Shown piece by piece: positions 27,230 through 39,816 of a stretch of DNA of 64,000 nucleotides (the first letter of the stretch is position 1; each line of letters opens with the position of its first letter). The stretch is from assembly GCA_028023455.1 (NCBI GenBank), contig JAQFVV010000010.1, positions 1,302,001 through 1,366,000 on the forward strand, read 5' to 3'. The notes under the pieces are model-generated. The model was not told the origin of the DNA. It saw only the letters and a list, made by a program, of their open reading frames with translations, and searched no databases. Position numbers and translations under genes: made by a program. The DNA is from Epiperipatus broadwayi (Eukaryota > Animalia > Onychophora).

Positions 27230-28318
27230 TATACCTTCTGTAAATTTTAATATCTTTAAAAGAACACATATTTAAAATACTACTCTCATAGGTAGACAAA
27301 ACAAAATTGCAAATTTGTGCAACAACTGACAGACCCATAGGCCAACCTTTAGACCTTTTATAATACTCACCTTCAAAAGAACCAACAATGTTATCATCAA
27401 AAACTTTTAAAGAGACAATGATAAATTTTATACATATTTACAAACACTTTTACTCTTTTTAATTCATGTTCAATTATTTTTATGGAATCCACTCCATCAA
27501 TAGAACCATTTATTTGTGTCATATCTAATGAAGCACTAACATCATTCTCATTAATTACTATATTTTTAATTCTATCTACAAAGTCAAAAGATGAAGCAAT
27601 AGTATTTTCCCCAAATCCTAAAAACTTTTGTAACAGCTTACCAATATATTTAGAAGTCCGATACATAATTGAACCACCAAAATCAATCATAATTCTCAAA
27701 GGATTACTTTCTCTATGTAACTTTATATTTGCAAAAATGTGAGGACATATAACACAGGAAGGATATATCTCATATTATACATTATTTCATCATTAAACAC
27801 ATCTGAAAATCTTTATCTTCTCTCAAACAAACCATATTATCATTCTTCAGCCTCTGTTTAAATTCACAAATGGCCAATTCCTATGAATTTTTACGTGGAA
27901 TCATATTAAATTTAGGACAATTAATTGTTTTGATAATTTCATCACCAATATGACTATCACCAGGAATCATTTCAAATGAATTTTGAACAGCTGCAATTAA
28001 TTTCAAATTATAATCAGCCCAAGTACTGCCAATATATTTGACTCCATGACTTAAAATGTATTTCTGAATCAAATGTATCTTTTTATTTGATAAATTAACA
28101 AAATTCATGTTATTATAAGTCTGTGGATACTACTTATTAAATAAAAAGTCAATTTTCTTCTCAAATTTATTACATAATTTAAGTTCAAATAATTTAAATG
28201 CATTTTCACAAATAATTTTATATTCATTCCAAGCACACCATTCATTTAAAATTATTAAATGTTCAAGTGCTTTCAAATATCTCCGATATTAAAAAGTTCT
28301 TTTTATATATTTTTTACC
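27230..28318 (-). mobile_element. Penelope-like element RT relic
   Basis: ORF 27397-27699 GSIMYRTSKYIGKLLQKFL...SSFDFVDRIKNIVINENDVSASLD matches the PLE RT GSxTYxLAKYL...S.DF...D....SFD pattern. ORF 27090-27338 MGLSVVAQICNFVLSTYESSIL...RRY matches the PMGSPLS..AN..M..E...RYVDD region. Confidence 0.8.
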
Positions 28319-28687
28319 ACAGGCAAAACTCATTATATGTATTGCCACACACAGCAAGCTAGAGTAATCAATGGATGCCAGAAGGCTTGTGCATAAAATC
28401 CCCATCTAGTGCCTACTCATCCAATATCCCCAGACTAGTTTCTGGCTTGTGACCTTTGTCAGTGAGGAGCCTTAGATCTGAGAGCACTGCACCTAGATCT
28501 TAGAATAGATCTAGGTGCAGTGCTCTCAGATCCAAGGCTCCTCTCTGACAAAGGTCACAAGCCAGAAACTAGTCTGGAGATATTGGATGAGTAGGCACTA
28601 GATAGGGATTTTATGCACAAGCTTCTGGAAGCCATTGATTACTCTAGCTTGCTGTGTGTGGCTATATGTTTAGTGAGTTTTGCCTGT
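28319..28687. repeat. Inverted pseudo-LTR pair at the 5' end of the 27.2-28.3 kb PLE
   Basis: ~182-bp arms, highly similar, with 6-nt loop tagaat at 28501-28506. Directly abuts the PLE coding relic. Confidence 0.95.
28538..28580 (+). ncRNA. Minimal hammerhead motif with G8>A; mirror on minus strand ~28427-28469
   Basis: CTGACAA-A-GG-tcacaag-CC-A-GAAA-CTAG-TC. Palindromic stem III ACTAGT, GUC triplet. The 21-kb copy reads CTGATGA, so the ancestor was plausibly CTGACGA. Confidence 0.65.
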
Positions 28688-28969
28688 TTTAATAACAGTT
28701 ATAAGCAAGCATAAGAAATGGTGATCATGTGATGTTTATATTTCTTAACTACTGTACATTATTTAAAATTATTGATTTCAATTTATCCATATATCTTTGT
28801 ACTAAATTTATACAGCTGTTCAATTTTATATTACAACAATTCAGAAATACATAAAAAACTTTACAAGCTTAATAACTTTTTTACATTGCTTCCACCACTC
28901 CTTAATGATCCATTATTTCTTAATGTCACTTAAATCCATTATATCAAAAAAAAAAAAAAAAAGCAATAT

Positions 28970-30217
28970 AAATAAAATGTCCTTTAGTTAAAAAAACTAT
29001 TGCAATAACAATAAAAATAATAAATAAAATGTAATTAACTATTATATAGTCTTTCAATCTGAAGAAGTACCTTTGGTTAATTTGTTAACCTGCCTCAACT
29101 GCCATTAAATTAAAAAAAAAACAGAAGCAAACATCATCAACACAAATCGCATGAATCCCAAATTTTAATGTTAGCAGCTTGTCTATTATTTATATTCATT
29201 TTATTTCTATTTATTAAACTTTCCCCTTAATTTTTTTTTTATTATGGTTTCTCTCTTCATGAAGAATCTTAATACTTTCAATGCCAAACTTGAATTTATA
29301 TTTACATATCCTTTCATGATTAAAAAAAAACTAAAGTCAGTTATTAAATCATTATTATTTTTACTGTTCACATGCTTGTATGACAACTCATGTTCCTTTA
29401 ATCTTTTTTCAATACTGCACCTCAATTCACCTATATATAACATAATGCACATTATTTTTCTGCTTGACAGGTATGACATTTTTAGAATTATTTACTAATT
29501 TATTAACATTATTTGTAACACAAAATAAAATGTTATGCCAATTTAAAAAGAGTTATAATGATTTAAAGGAACTGAAGATTGATAATAAAAAATGAAATGG
29601 ATATCTATCTATTCCATATATTTCAAATACTCAAGTAAAATTTTTTAAGAATGTGTTTAATGTTTCATTTTGTGTTACAAATAATGTTAATAAATTATGA
29701 ATAATTCTAAAAATGTCATACCTGTTAAGCATAAAAGTAATATCAAGTTTTTGTGGATGTATGTTATCATATATAGATGAATCGGGGTGCAGTATTGAAA
29801 AAAAAAGCCTGAATTGTTATATAAGCATGTAAAAAGTAAAAATAATGATTTAATGACTGCTTCCATTTTCTTGGATCATGAAAGGACATGAAAATATAAT
29901 TTTGAGTTTAATATTGAATGTGTTAAGATTCTTCTTGAAGAGAGAAACCATGATACCAGAAAAATTATGGAGACAATTTTAATAAATAGAAATAAAATGA
30001 ATATAATGAACTGCTATCATTAAAATTCAGGATTTATGTGATTTGAGTTGATGATGTTTGCTTTTGTTTTTTTAATTTAATGACATTTGAGCCAAGTTAA
30101 GGAATTAACTGAAAGTACTTTTGTGGACTAAAAGACTGTATAATATAGTTAATTACCATTATATTTATTACTTTTATTGTTATTACAATAGTTTTTTAAT
30201 TAATGGGCATTTTATTT
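28970..30217. mobile_element. Head-to-head inverted pair of PLE 3' fragments (GIY-YIG in both arms)
   Basis: 28970-29550 is the reverse complement of 29640-30217 with moderate divergence. ORF 29207-29479 LYIGELRCSIEKRLKEH is GIY-YIG; the mirror tatatagatgaatcggggtgcagtattgaaaaa is at ~29769. Confidence 0.85.
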
Positions 30218-30650
30218 GTGTGTGTGTGTATATATATATATATAGCAAAGTGATTTTGTAGAGACTATTATAAAAAAAATAACAATAGAAAAATATTATA
30301 TCTTAACAAAACGTCTCATAATTTTATCTTTATATGCTCAATAAAAGAGATTTTCATTCTATTTATTGTATTCCAGAACCATGTATTATAAGTTTGACTA
30401 ATCAGTGAATTAAAAATAGGAGTGTTAGGTGTATATAGTTAACTATAAAACAATTTTTTTAGATTGTATAGGATATTATGTATTTCAAACTATTAGCTAG
30501 GTAATATAAAGGAATTAAAAAAATTGTTGCCATATGTGTAAGTGCAATAGTTCATAATTTTTCATTGAAAAAAAAACTATTAGCCACAAATAGTCTCCTA
30601 GTGAAGTATGACATTAGCATTTAGCATCCATTAATTAATTAAACACTTAC

Positions 30651-30701
30651 AATAAATGGATCTGCTCCTAAAAACATTTGACATCTCCAAAGAATCAATT
30701 C
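30651..30701 (-). CDS. Candidate 51-nt internal coding exon of an unidentified host gene (ELILWRCQMFLGADPFI)
   Basis: Minus strand: tttttttctttttaatgttag|GAATTG...TTTATT|gtaagt. Phase 0-0, open frame, non-repeat context. Confidence 0.5.
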
Positions 30702-31399
30702 CTAACATTAAAAAGAAAAAAATACATATTCTATTTGATCTGCCATAAATTTATTTCAACAAAAAATGAAAGAATGATGAAGACATCAAAGAAGAGAGGA
30801 AGAGAAAATATATCCAATTCTTTCTAATAACTTTCTGACAATTTCTTAGAAATTTCTATTGAAGCCTAAGAAAGCTATTCAATGGATAAAATATTAAGTA
30901 AGGTAAGATATCAGAAGTTGTCTATTAAATAATAATTTGAGCTATGATTCATTGTTTCCTTTAACTGATCATTTATGCAGTTAATATAGATCTCTCTGAA
31001 GTCACTTTTTCTGACTACATGTGTTATCGCTACAGACTGATTACTTTTATGCAATCCTTATTACACCTGAATACAATTTTAAAAATAGTTCCATTGAAGT
31101 TGACTTTATAATAAATGAGAAACTGACATTCAATACTTGTTTCTGGTGTTACATGACTAATATACAGAATGCACTTCATCCTCTTCAATATTAATATATC
31201 TGTAATGATATTAAGTCTCCTGAAAAAATTTAAAAACTTGTTCAAATTTTTTCAGGAAAACTTTGTTACATGTACACTATAAAAGCTTTTTTTTTTTCAT
31301 TATTAAACTTTCTTGACCAATAATTAATTTGCTAAGATATTGTCTTGCTCTTAATTAATAATTAAGCATTGTCTCATGATTATCAGTAAATGTAATATT

Positions 31400-31546
31400 T
31401 AACATATAATAACCACATTCCACTCTTTTTACACTTTAAAGCAAAATATATTTATTAATTTAAAGTGTAAAAAGAGTGGAATGTAGTTATTATATGTTAT
31501 ATATTAGAAAAGCAAAAATAAAGAAGGAAGAGAAACTATTGAAGAT
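31400..31546. mobile_element. Small palindromic insertion with ~41-nt tail and 13-bp target-site duplication
   Basis: 41-bp arms 31400-31440 / 31459-31499 (one mismatch). taaatgtaatatt is duplicated at 31387-31399 and 31547-31559. Confidence 0.85.
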
Positions 31547-33699
31547 TAAATGTAATATTGTCAAAATATTTTAAAATAAAATTTGATGATTATCAGAGAT
31601 AATTTTAAGATATAGAATAAAATCAACTATAGAAAGAGCTATATATTAAGAAAGAAATTATAATGAAAAATGAAATTATGGATACCTTTTCTCCATATTA
31701 TTTTAATCAGTTATTTAAATATACTGGTTAAAGATAAGCAAATCAATTTTCTCATTCATTGTAATTAAGACCTATTACTTTCAAAGGCTTGTTTAAACAT
31801 AATAATTGTAGATATTAGAACTTTAATCTGCACATCATACCATCTTAAAAATTAGAAACTTACTCTTTACATGAAGCAGCTAAAGCTTACAAATTATATC
31901 TTTAAGAGGGTAGACTAAGTTTGCAGTCAGAATTAATTCTTTCTTCCTTTTTGAGAAATTGATTTCTTAGTATATATCTGGTACAAGTGATAAGAAATTG
32001 TTTAATTAATACCCAGGAGAAGTTTCCTTCAAAAATCCCACTTGCATTTTTCTAGGTACACTATAATAATACACCAGACTGCTACAAGTGTTTTTATCTT
32101 TTCCATTTTGTTGTTATAGTGATTGCAGTCTTTTCTATTGATATATATTTTATTTTAAAAGAGCTTAATATATGCATGCCCAATAGTTTTAAATTAAGCT
32201 CTACAATTCAGTTTTCAAAATCATTTCTCAAGCAACTTGTATAAAACAGAAAATATCAAACTACATTCAAGCAACTCCAGAATTATTCTTAGGAAGTTCT
32301 CTAAAATTGAAAAGTTATGTTGAGATTATAAAGGATTTCATCATGATGTCAGAACCTCATAGATAACTCTGGAAATGTAATTGCAGTCATACATTCCTTC
32401 TCCATATTTCTATAAGCTTAAATTAAAGATAGCTATTAATTCATTTACATATTTATGTATAGTTTTATTAACTATTTTTTTGCTACATATATTTAAGATA
32501 TTGATATATATCTTGGATATATATATATATAGCTTATACATTTATTTCAACCTCACACAATTTGTCTTGGAAACATTGTGTCTTGAAATTTTAGTTAGAT
32601 TTTAAAAAGAACTTCCCATTTATTAAAAAATGTTTCACCATTTATAAATCCTGTTAAAATACTAAATTACTAAATTAACATAAATATGTACATATGAATC
32701 TGTGATTATATATGTGTGTATGTGTATTGAATCATTCATTAAGTTTTTTTATTATTAAATAACTCATTTTATGATTAGACATGGCAACTTTCACATAATA
32801 AATCCCAAGTTTTTTACAAATTGTATAAAAGCTAAAATCATTATTCTTACTTTTATGATCCATACCTTTAGGTTATTAAATCTACTGATTCAGATGCTGC
32901 CCTCCAATTATTTTTTCACAGTGATTGTATTTCAGACTTACTTAAGTTCCTATTTTATTTTTAAAAATTTATTCTCTCTAAAGAATACCCGATGATTGGT
33001 GGTTCTCCTACTTTAAATATTGATAACATATGCTAAGTATGTTGAAGAAAAAAAAATATTTTAATCATCTACTTCAGTTCCGTAATAATTTCAAGTGACT
33101 GAGATCTTGCGTTTTTGCAATCAGACTATATAAGAATAATATGAAATATGTGTGAATGAGAAGTATTGCTTGTGTGTGTCAAATATTTATATTAATAAGC
33201 TGCCATATTTAATAAGATAAAACAAAAAGTACATAAAATATAAATAATGAATAAGAAGGAAGGATAATTTATTCCTATTAATTCTGAGCTGTTTCTAGAT
33301 ATATGTAGTAGTGTATAATCATTTTAATAGTTATATATACATAAAATGTAATGTTGTAAAAGTTAGCATCTATAGAAATCACAATAAAAAAATGTTTTCT
33401 CCCTTACAAATTCTATTTGAACTAGAAAAAAAAATTATGGTTTACAAGACCTGGATTAGAATACTATGCATTTAAGCATGACAAGCATATGAATGCATAA
33501 ATACATACAAGATATTGAATAATGACAAATTACTACCCATGGAAATTAAATTTCACAGCAATTTCTTCTTATTTTATCTATCTTGAGGCAGAGAACAAAT
33601 ATAGATAGAATCAATAGATTTAAAAAATTAAAAACAAGAAGTTTTAAAATCTTCTGTAGTATTAATTTTTTATAATTTCTATTTATTTCTTTAGCTCAC

Positions 33700-33738
33700 T
33701 TCAGAATCATTTGTCAAATATAATAAATTTATTAAATT
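33700..33738 (-). CDS. Candidate 39-nt coding exon (NLINLLYLTNDSE)
   Basis: Minus strand gtttgcaaatatgtag|AATTTA...TCTGAA|gtgagc, phase 0-0. Short and AT-rich, could be chance. Confidence 0.3.
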
Positions 33739-34505
33739 CTACATATTTGCAAACAAGTATTTTTTCTAGCTATATTTCTCTAAGTGGCGATACTAATTAA
33801 CGTGTTTAAGTATCTGGGAAATTTTGCTATACGCCTCTACACCTTCTGTTCTCATTTAGTATATCATGTTTTTATGTTCTAATATTCAAATTTTAGCACT
33901 TTATTTGGCCTACTTATTTAATAACAAAAAAGGTAAAAATAAAAAAAATAATATATTTTTTGACTACACTCAAATTTTCTCCCCAAGGCTATTTTAATCC
34001 TATAACTGTAACTAAATATTTCAAAAAAAAAAAACATTAACTAGTACGAATATTTCAATATTTTTTAAATATATAGCTCAAAGTTATTTTTAAAATACAA
34101 AGCAAAAGTATAGATGAATTTCATGAACTTGTTACGTAATAATAATAAAAAAGTTACATTATAATGATATAGAACACAAGATTTGCTTGATATCTTAAAG
34201 ATAAATATATATTTGCGTTTTGCCCATACTTTACATGATTACAAAAGTAAAAATTTATACAGCTTATACTAAACAATAATTTAAATGGCAAAAAAAAAAA
34301 TGCTTTTACAAAAAAAAATAGAAGTTTTGTGATCAAAAAACATATTTCCAAATATGAAGGTAAAGAGCATTTCCTATCCTCCTAGAAATTTCAAAAGCTA
34401 TCCTAATTCCTAATTGTTGTGCTATTTTGTAAATGCCAATCATCATAACCTTCTTCAAGGTAAATCAATATAGTGCTAAAAACACAATAACCAAGCTGAT
34501 TTTTG

Positions 34506-37195
34506 TGGTGCTGTGAAGTGATGTACTGTGACTTCTTCTTAAACAGAGTCAGGAATCTCTCAGAAACTATGCCCAAAGAAACCTGTTAGCCACTTTACCT
34601 TCCCCTTCCATTCCCCACTTTAAGCTTTCCCATAATCTTCTCCATCCCATTTCCACAACAATCTTTATCAACTCTATGGCCTTTATGTCTAAATCCCCCT
34701 TATCTTTTCCCAAACACAGCATAAAAACCAATAACCCATTTCCTGTATAATCACTTTGTTCATATATAGTCTCTGATAACTTAACTATTTGTACCCTTTC
34801 TGCTTTCAAGCATTTACATTCAATCAACAGATGCCTAATATTTTCTATATCTTTCTTACACAATTTTCAGACTAAATCATCCATATTTTTCCATTTACAT
34901 GTATATTCTCTTGTTGCTAAAGATCCTGTTCGAACCTTAAACAATAAGCTACTTTCCTTACTATTATCATAAAGTAACTCATGCCCAATGTTCTGTTTAT
35001 TTCTATATATATTTAAACTCTTTTTATTCTCCATACTAGTTCTCTATCTTTCCAACTCGCTATTCTTTATTAATGCCTTTATTCTTTTATCCCATTCCTT
35101 ACCACTATAACATTCAACAATCCTCCTAATACAATCATCCCATCTTTTATACAAGTATACTGATATAAATTTTTTATCCAAATCCTTTGCATACCACATT
35201 ACCTTTCTCACCCATCTTGTTGCCTGCTCTTTACTCATAACCCAATTAAATACTATTTTGGTTATTATTTTATTATCCATAAACTGCAACCTACCAAACA
35301 TTTTCATCTTACTTTTTGCATCTCTCATATAAAAACTTCACCATCCGATTTCTCTTTCAATTGTCTCATTTGCTGTCCATATCCCTGCATCTAATGCATG
35401 TCTTCCTACTTCCCTTTGTACTTTTTCTAAGTAATCTAATACCCTTTACTAACACATAAGGCATCATTACCATATGTTAACCCTGATACTACAACTCCCT
35501 TCCATACAATTCTAGCTACATCATATTTATTATATGAAAACACTGTTAATTTCTTTACTAAACCCTTTCTTTTCTTTGCTTCGTTTACCAATTTTTTCTC
35601 CCATTCTACCAAGCAATTTTACTGATTACTTAAGATGATTCCCAAATAACTATATCTATCCACCACATTTAACTTTATATCCCCAATAAAAATTCTACAT
35701 CTTCTCTTTCCCCATTATTAATCATCATTATATTTGATTTTTCTTCACTAAATTTAACCCCCATCTCTTTACCCACACTTGCACATGTTTTCAGCATAAC
35801 TTCCATATCTTCTCTTCTTTCTGGACACAAAAAAATATCCGCAAAAAAAAAAAGACCCGGCAAATATATATACTCCCTTGTCACCCATTAATGGTATCAC
35901 CCATTAATGGTATCTCTATCCCTCTTCCTAGTCTTTCTATTGCTTTCTCCATTTCACTCAAATATAATAAAAACAAAATAGGTAACATAGGGCATCCTTG
36001 CCTTAATCCCACCCCATTTTTAACTTTAACTGATTTTATATCCCCTAATTGGTAAGTATAATAATTATTTTTATATAACTTCTTAATAATATTTAATAAA
36101 GCTTCATCCATTCCCAAATTTGCTAACCTTACCCATAATTTATATCTATTTACTCTATCATATGCCTTCTCTATATCTATAAAACTCACATATAACGATC
36201 TACCTGAATTCCTACTCATATCCATAAGTTGTGCAACTACAAATAAACTATCTCCTATATGCCTATCTGATCTAAAATCTCCTTGCATTTCCCCCACTAC
36301 ATTATTCTCTTCCATTCATTTTACAACTCTTCCAGCCACCATATATGAGAAAACTTTATATAAAACTGATGTTACCGCTATCAGTCTATAATTATTTAAC
36401 TTTCTATGATCCTTACTGTTTCCTTTAAATAATAATCTTACTCTTGTATTACTCCAACAATCTGGAAAAACTCTTCTGTGTCATTATTAAAACATTATAA
36501 TAACTTTGCTTTTGCTCTATGCCCTAAATTCATTACCATCTCTGCTGCCCATCCATCTAAATTTCTCACCTTTTCACTTTTTAATCTCTTTCTTGCCTCA
36601 TTCAGTTCATTTTTTGTGAATGTAATATGTTCATTACTAAATGCTTTCATGTTTTCTATCACTAAGTCCTTTACATCTAACATCTTTTCTATATCCATTA
36701 CATATCTATTTAAGATTCTCTCTAACTCTTCTCTAGAGATACACTCTATTCCCTCATCATGTATTAATATTATCTCTCTCCCCCCTACATTTCTTCTTTT
36801 AATGTAATTCCAAAATTTTTTACTCCCATCTCTTCCACTTTTATTAATATTCTCCAACAATTTATTATTCAACTTCATCCTCTCTCTATAATTATCCATT
36901 TTAGACAACTTCTTTTTTTCCAAGTCCTTTCCCCATTTAGCATTAATATTGTTTTCACTTTCTTTGTTCTTAATAGCACACTTATATTCTCTGCATGCTT
37001 CTTTCCTCTCTTACATTTACTAACTCTCATTTTTTTTATTTCTTTTATTATTCTGCCTATTCTCAACTAAAACCCTATTTGCCACTTTTTATATTTCACC
37101 ACACCAGTCCTTATACTCATCCCAAACCAACTGTTTCATGTTTTTTTCAGCTTCTATTTTATACTCTTCCAACTTATTCTTATCATTCATTATAT
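34506..37195 (-). mobile_element. LINE copy C (longest RT region, C-terminal CCHC finger)
   Basis: ORF 35881-36315 QGDFRSDR...SFIDIEKAYDRV...GLRQGCPMLPILF (RT domains); 35675-35884 LFFADI; 34567-34863 CKKDIENIRHLLIEC zinc finger; (CATCA)-like tail. Clade not determined. Confidence 0.92.
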
Positions 37196-37800
37196 CACAA
37201 TGGATTGCAGCCCATCAACTGGAAGGAATCATGTTACTCTGTATCCAAGAAATGGAATGCTTAAAAGTTGCATATATTTGCATATAATTAAAATAACAGC
37301 CATTGTACAAAAAGAGCTATGGATATGAGAGCTGTATCTCTTGAAAGCATTCAGTGTATGATATAATAAAAATACTACACCTCTTTAGCTTTGTAGTTAT
37401 TGCATTTTTAGTACTATATTGATTACTATAATAATCCAACACGCAAAGTTTTTTTTAAAAACTTCTTCAAGGTAATAAAATAAAAAAGTTTTAATTTAAT
37501 TATTTTTTAGTTAGCATTTTTTCTTACTCAAATAATATAACAATAGAACTTATCACCATCAGGAGCCATTGCAAATGAGTGACTATTCTGATTCCAAAAA
37601 AAAAAAGGAAAAAAATAAGGAATACAGGAAACAAAGAAAGTGATAGAATTGCTATGGTTTTTTTAATTAAAGAATGGAAATGTGTTTGTACAAGTAATTA
37701 ATAAAATGATCACTAATAGCAGATAATCATAGTAAAAGTCACTATACTAACATGAATTAAGGTTAAAAAAAAAAAAGGAAAGTAGACAAATAATAAAATA

Positions 37801-37905
37801 GGGGATTTGAAGATAAACTTTCAAGCTCCATTCAGCCACACACTCTATCTAATGAAGATTTAAAATCTATGTTCAAATCCTCTGTATTACATCTAGACTG
37901 CAGGT
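37801..37905. repeat. Short fold-back relative of the 7.7-8.0 kb family
   Basis: ggggatttgaagataaactttcaag...aaaatctatgttcaaatcctct. Shares ttcaaatcctct..attacatcta.act.ca.gtatat with 8003-8039. Confidence 0.65.
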
Positions 37906-38119
37906 ATATAAAATATACTGGTATTTAAAACAAAAAAAATAAAATAAATAGAAAAGAGCAAAGATAGAATAGATAGTATCAGAAACAGTATCTATTCCTT
38001 TAATGAAACAATCTTTTATTCTAGAAGGATGCAAGAGATATCAGGTTCAAATTACAATGTGATCTTCAACCTTTTGTGTGTGATAGAGTATTTGTTTCTA
38101 TATATAACTGTGAGTAAAT

Positions 38120-38870
38120 GTTGAATGTATAATTAAAGTTTTTTATGTAATTTTTAATACTGTTGCTGGATGACATGGATCTTGTTAGGTATATATCTTA
38201 TCAGTCAAGCTTGATATGATAAGTAGTTCAGAAAATCAGTTGAGATTCCAACAAATATAACCAACCAATCTCTATTAAATACTTTTGCAAAGTTTAACAT
38301 GATTTAAAGTTTAAATATAAATTTTGATGTCAATTCTATTAAAGCATCCTTTGCATCAATTTAATGTTATTAAACAATGCAGAGACTTTAAACAAATTCA
38401 TTCTGCCTTTAAATAAATATTTGAATATACAATGTATTAATTAAATACCACAAACATATATAATTATTTATTTACAACCTCTATAGAAATTTTCTGATGA
38501 CTCAAGCACCAATTTTTTACAATAAAAAAGAAATTAATTTTTTGCAATATTATACATAGTATTTAATTAATTAATTACATATTTAAAGATTTAATTAAAA
38601 AGCAAGGTTAGTTCAAATGAATTTGTTTAAAGACCTTGTTTAATAGCTTTAAAGCACACTTAGTTATAATACCATTAAATAGGCATTCAAAATGTACATA
38701 TACAACTTTGCAAATACATTTAATGCAGATTGGGTAGCTATGTTTGTTGGAGCCTCAATTGATTTTCTGAGGTACTGATGATATCAGATTTGACTGACAT
38801 AAACATGTGTCTAGTAAAAAGATAATTGATTTTTCATAAAATACTGTAATTTAAAACATTAGAATTCTTT
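38120..38870. repeat. Old inverted repeat (arms ~38190-38405 and ~38615-38830)
   Basis: tcagtcaagcttgatatgataagtagttcagaaaatcagttgagattccaacaaatata vs reverse complement tcagtcaaatctgatatcatcagtacctcagaaaatcaattgaggctccaacaaacata; ctttaaacaaattcatt occurs in both arms. Confidence 0.75.
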
Positions 38871-38999
38871 TATAGAAGTTGCTTTATCTAGGTACAATCT
38901 TTCCACTCTGATCAGACATATTTTTATGAATTTTAAACACTTATAAAAACTAAGACAACTGGTATAATAATGTTTTCCTGAAGGTTTGTAATGATAGTG

Positions 39000-39750
39000 T
39001 TCTAATTGTATTTTATATTGGACTATTTCCACCATCTAATATGTGTATTGAATGTCTTTAGAAAAATGTAACTTTATTTAAATATTCCAAATACATTCAA
39101 CTGTTAATAATAGCACATCAAACAGATTAGTATATGCACAATGTTTTGAGGAGTATTATTCTCATCTCTTCTTCAGGTGTTGTTGGCTTGTGCTTACCAT
39201 CTTGAGTATTGAATTTTAAGGTAATACTCTATCCAACTGAGCCATCCTGCAAAAGGCAACAGTCTCTGTAGGGTACCCACACATTTCAAAAATAGCAAAT
39301 AAATTAAGGAAAATCTGCAATTAGTATAACATCAGAACATCTTTCCAGAGCCATACCACACTATGAGGAATTCTGACATCCACAAAGTCTAAACTTGAAA
39401 TGCTGAAAAGAAAAAACTGCATCTATGAAATACCATGTGAATATGGAAGAACATATATTGGGGAGACCAGTCATCCAATTGAAAAGTGCTTGCAAGAACA
39501 TAAACTGATGATTAGAAGAAAAAACAGATGTGTCTAAGATGGCAGACTATGTATGTGCCAATGAACATATGTTCAATTGGGGAAATACAAAAATATTGGA
39601 TAGAAAAGAAATGGTACAAAGAAAAACATTTAAAGAAGCTGCTCATATGACAATGGCAAAAAAATCCCATAATCCAACTATTGTGTTTGGTTTGGATTAC
39701 AGACCCAACCTACAGAAACTAATACTAATACCAGTATTACAATTAATATA
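39000..39750 (+). mobile_element. PLE relic: inverted pseudo-LTR (39000-39295) followed by sense GIY-YIG fragment
   Basis: atctatgaaataccatgtgaatatggaagaacatatattggggagacc (IYEIPCEYGRTYIGET) at ~39421. ORF 39530-39751 MADYVCANEHMFNWGNTKILDRKE. Upstream segment is homologous to 57350-57615 and 61730-61990. Confidence 0.85.
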
Positions 39751-39816
39751 ATATTTATTATTCACAAATATATACAATAAATTATATAGTATACATACAA
39801 TAAATAATAGTTATAA

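Noticed and set aside
7716-31499. Hairpins as microRNA precursors or rho-independent terminators
   Set aside because: Arms are too long and repeat-derived, and the context is eukaryotic; small-RNA data would be needed to revisit.
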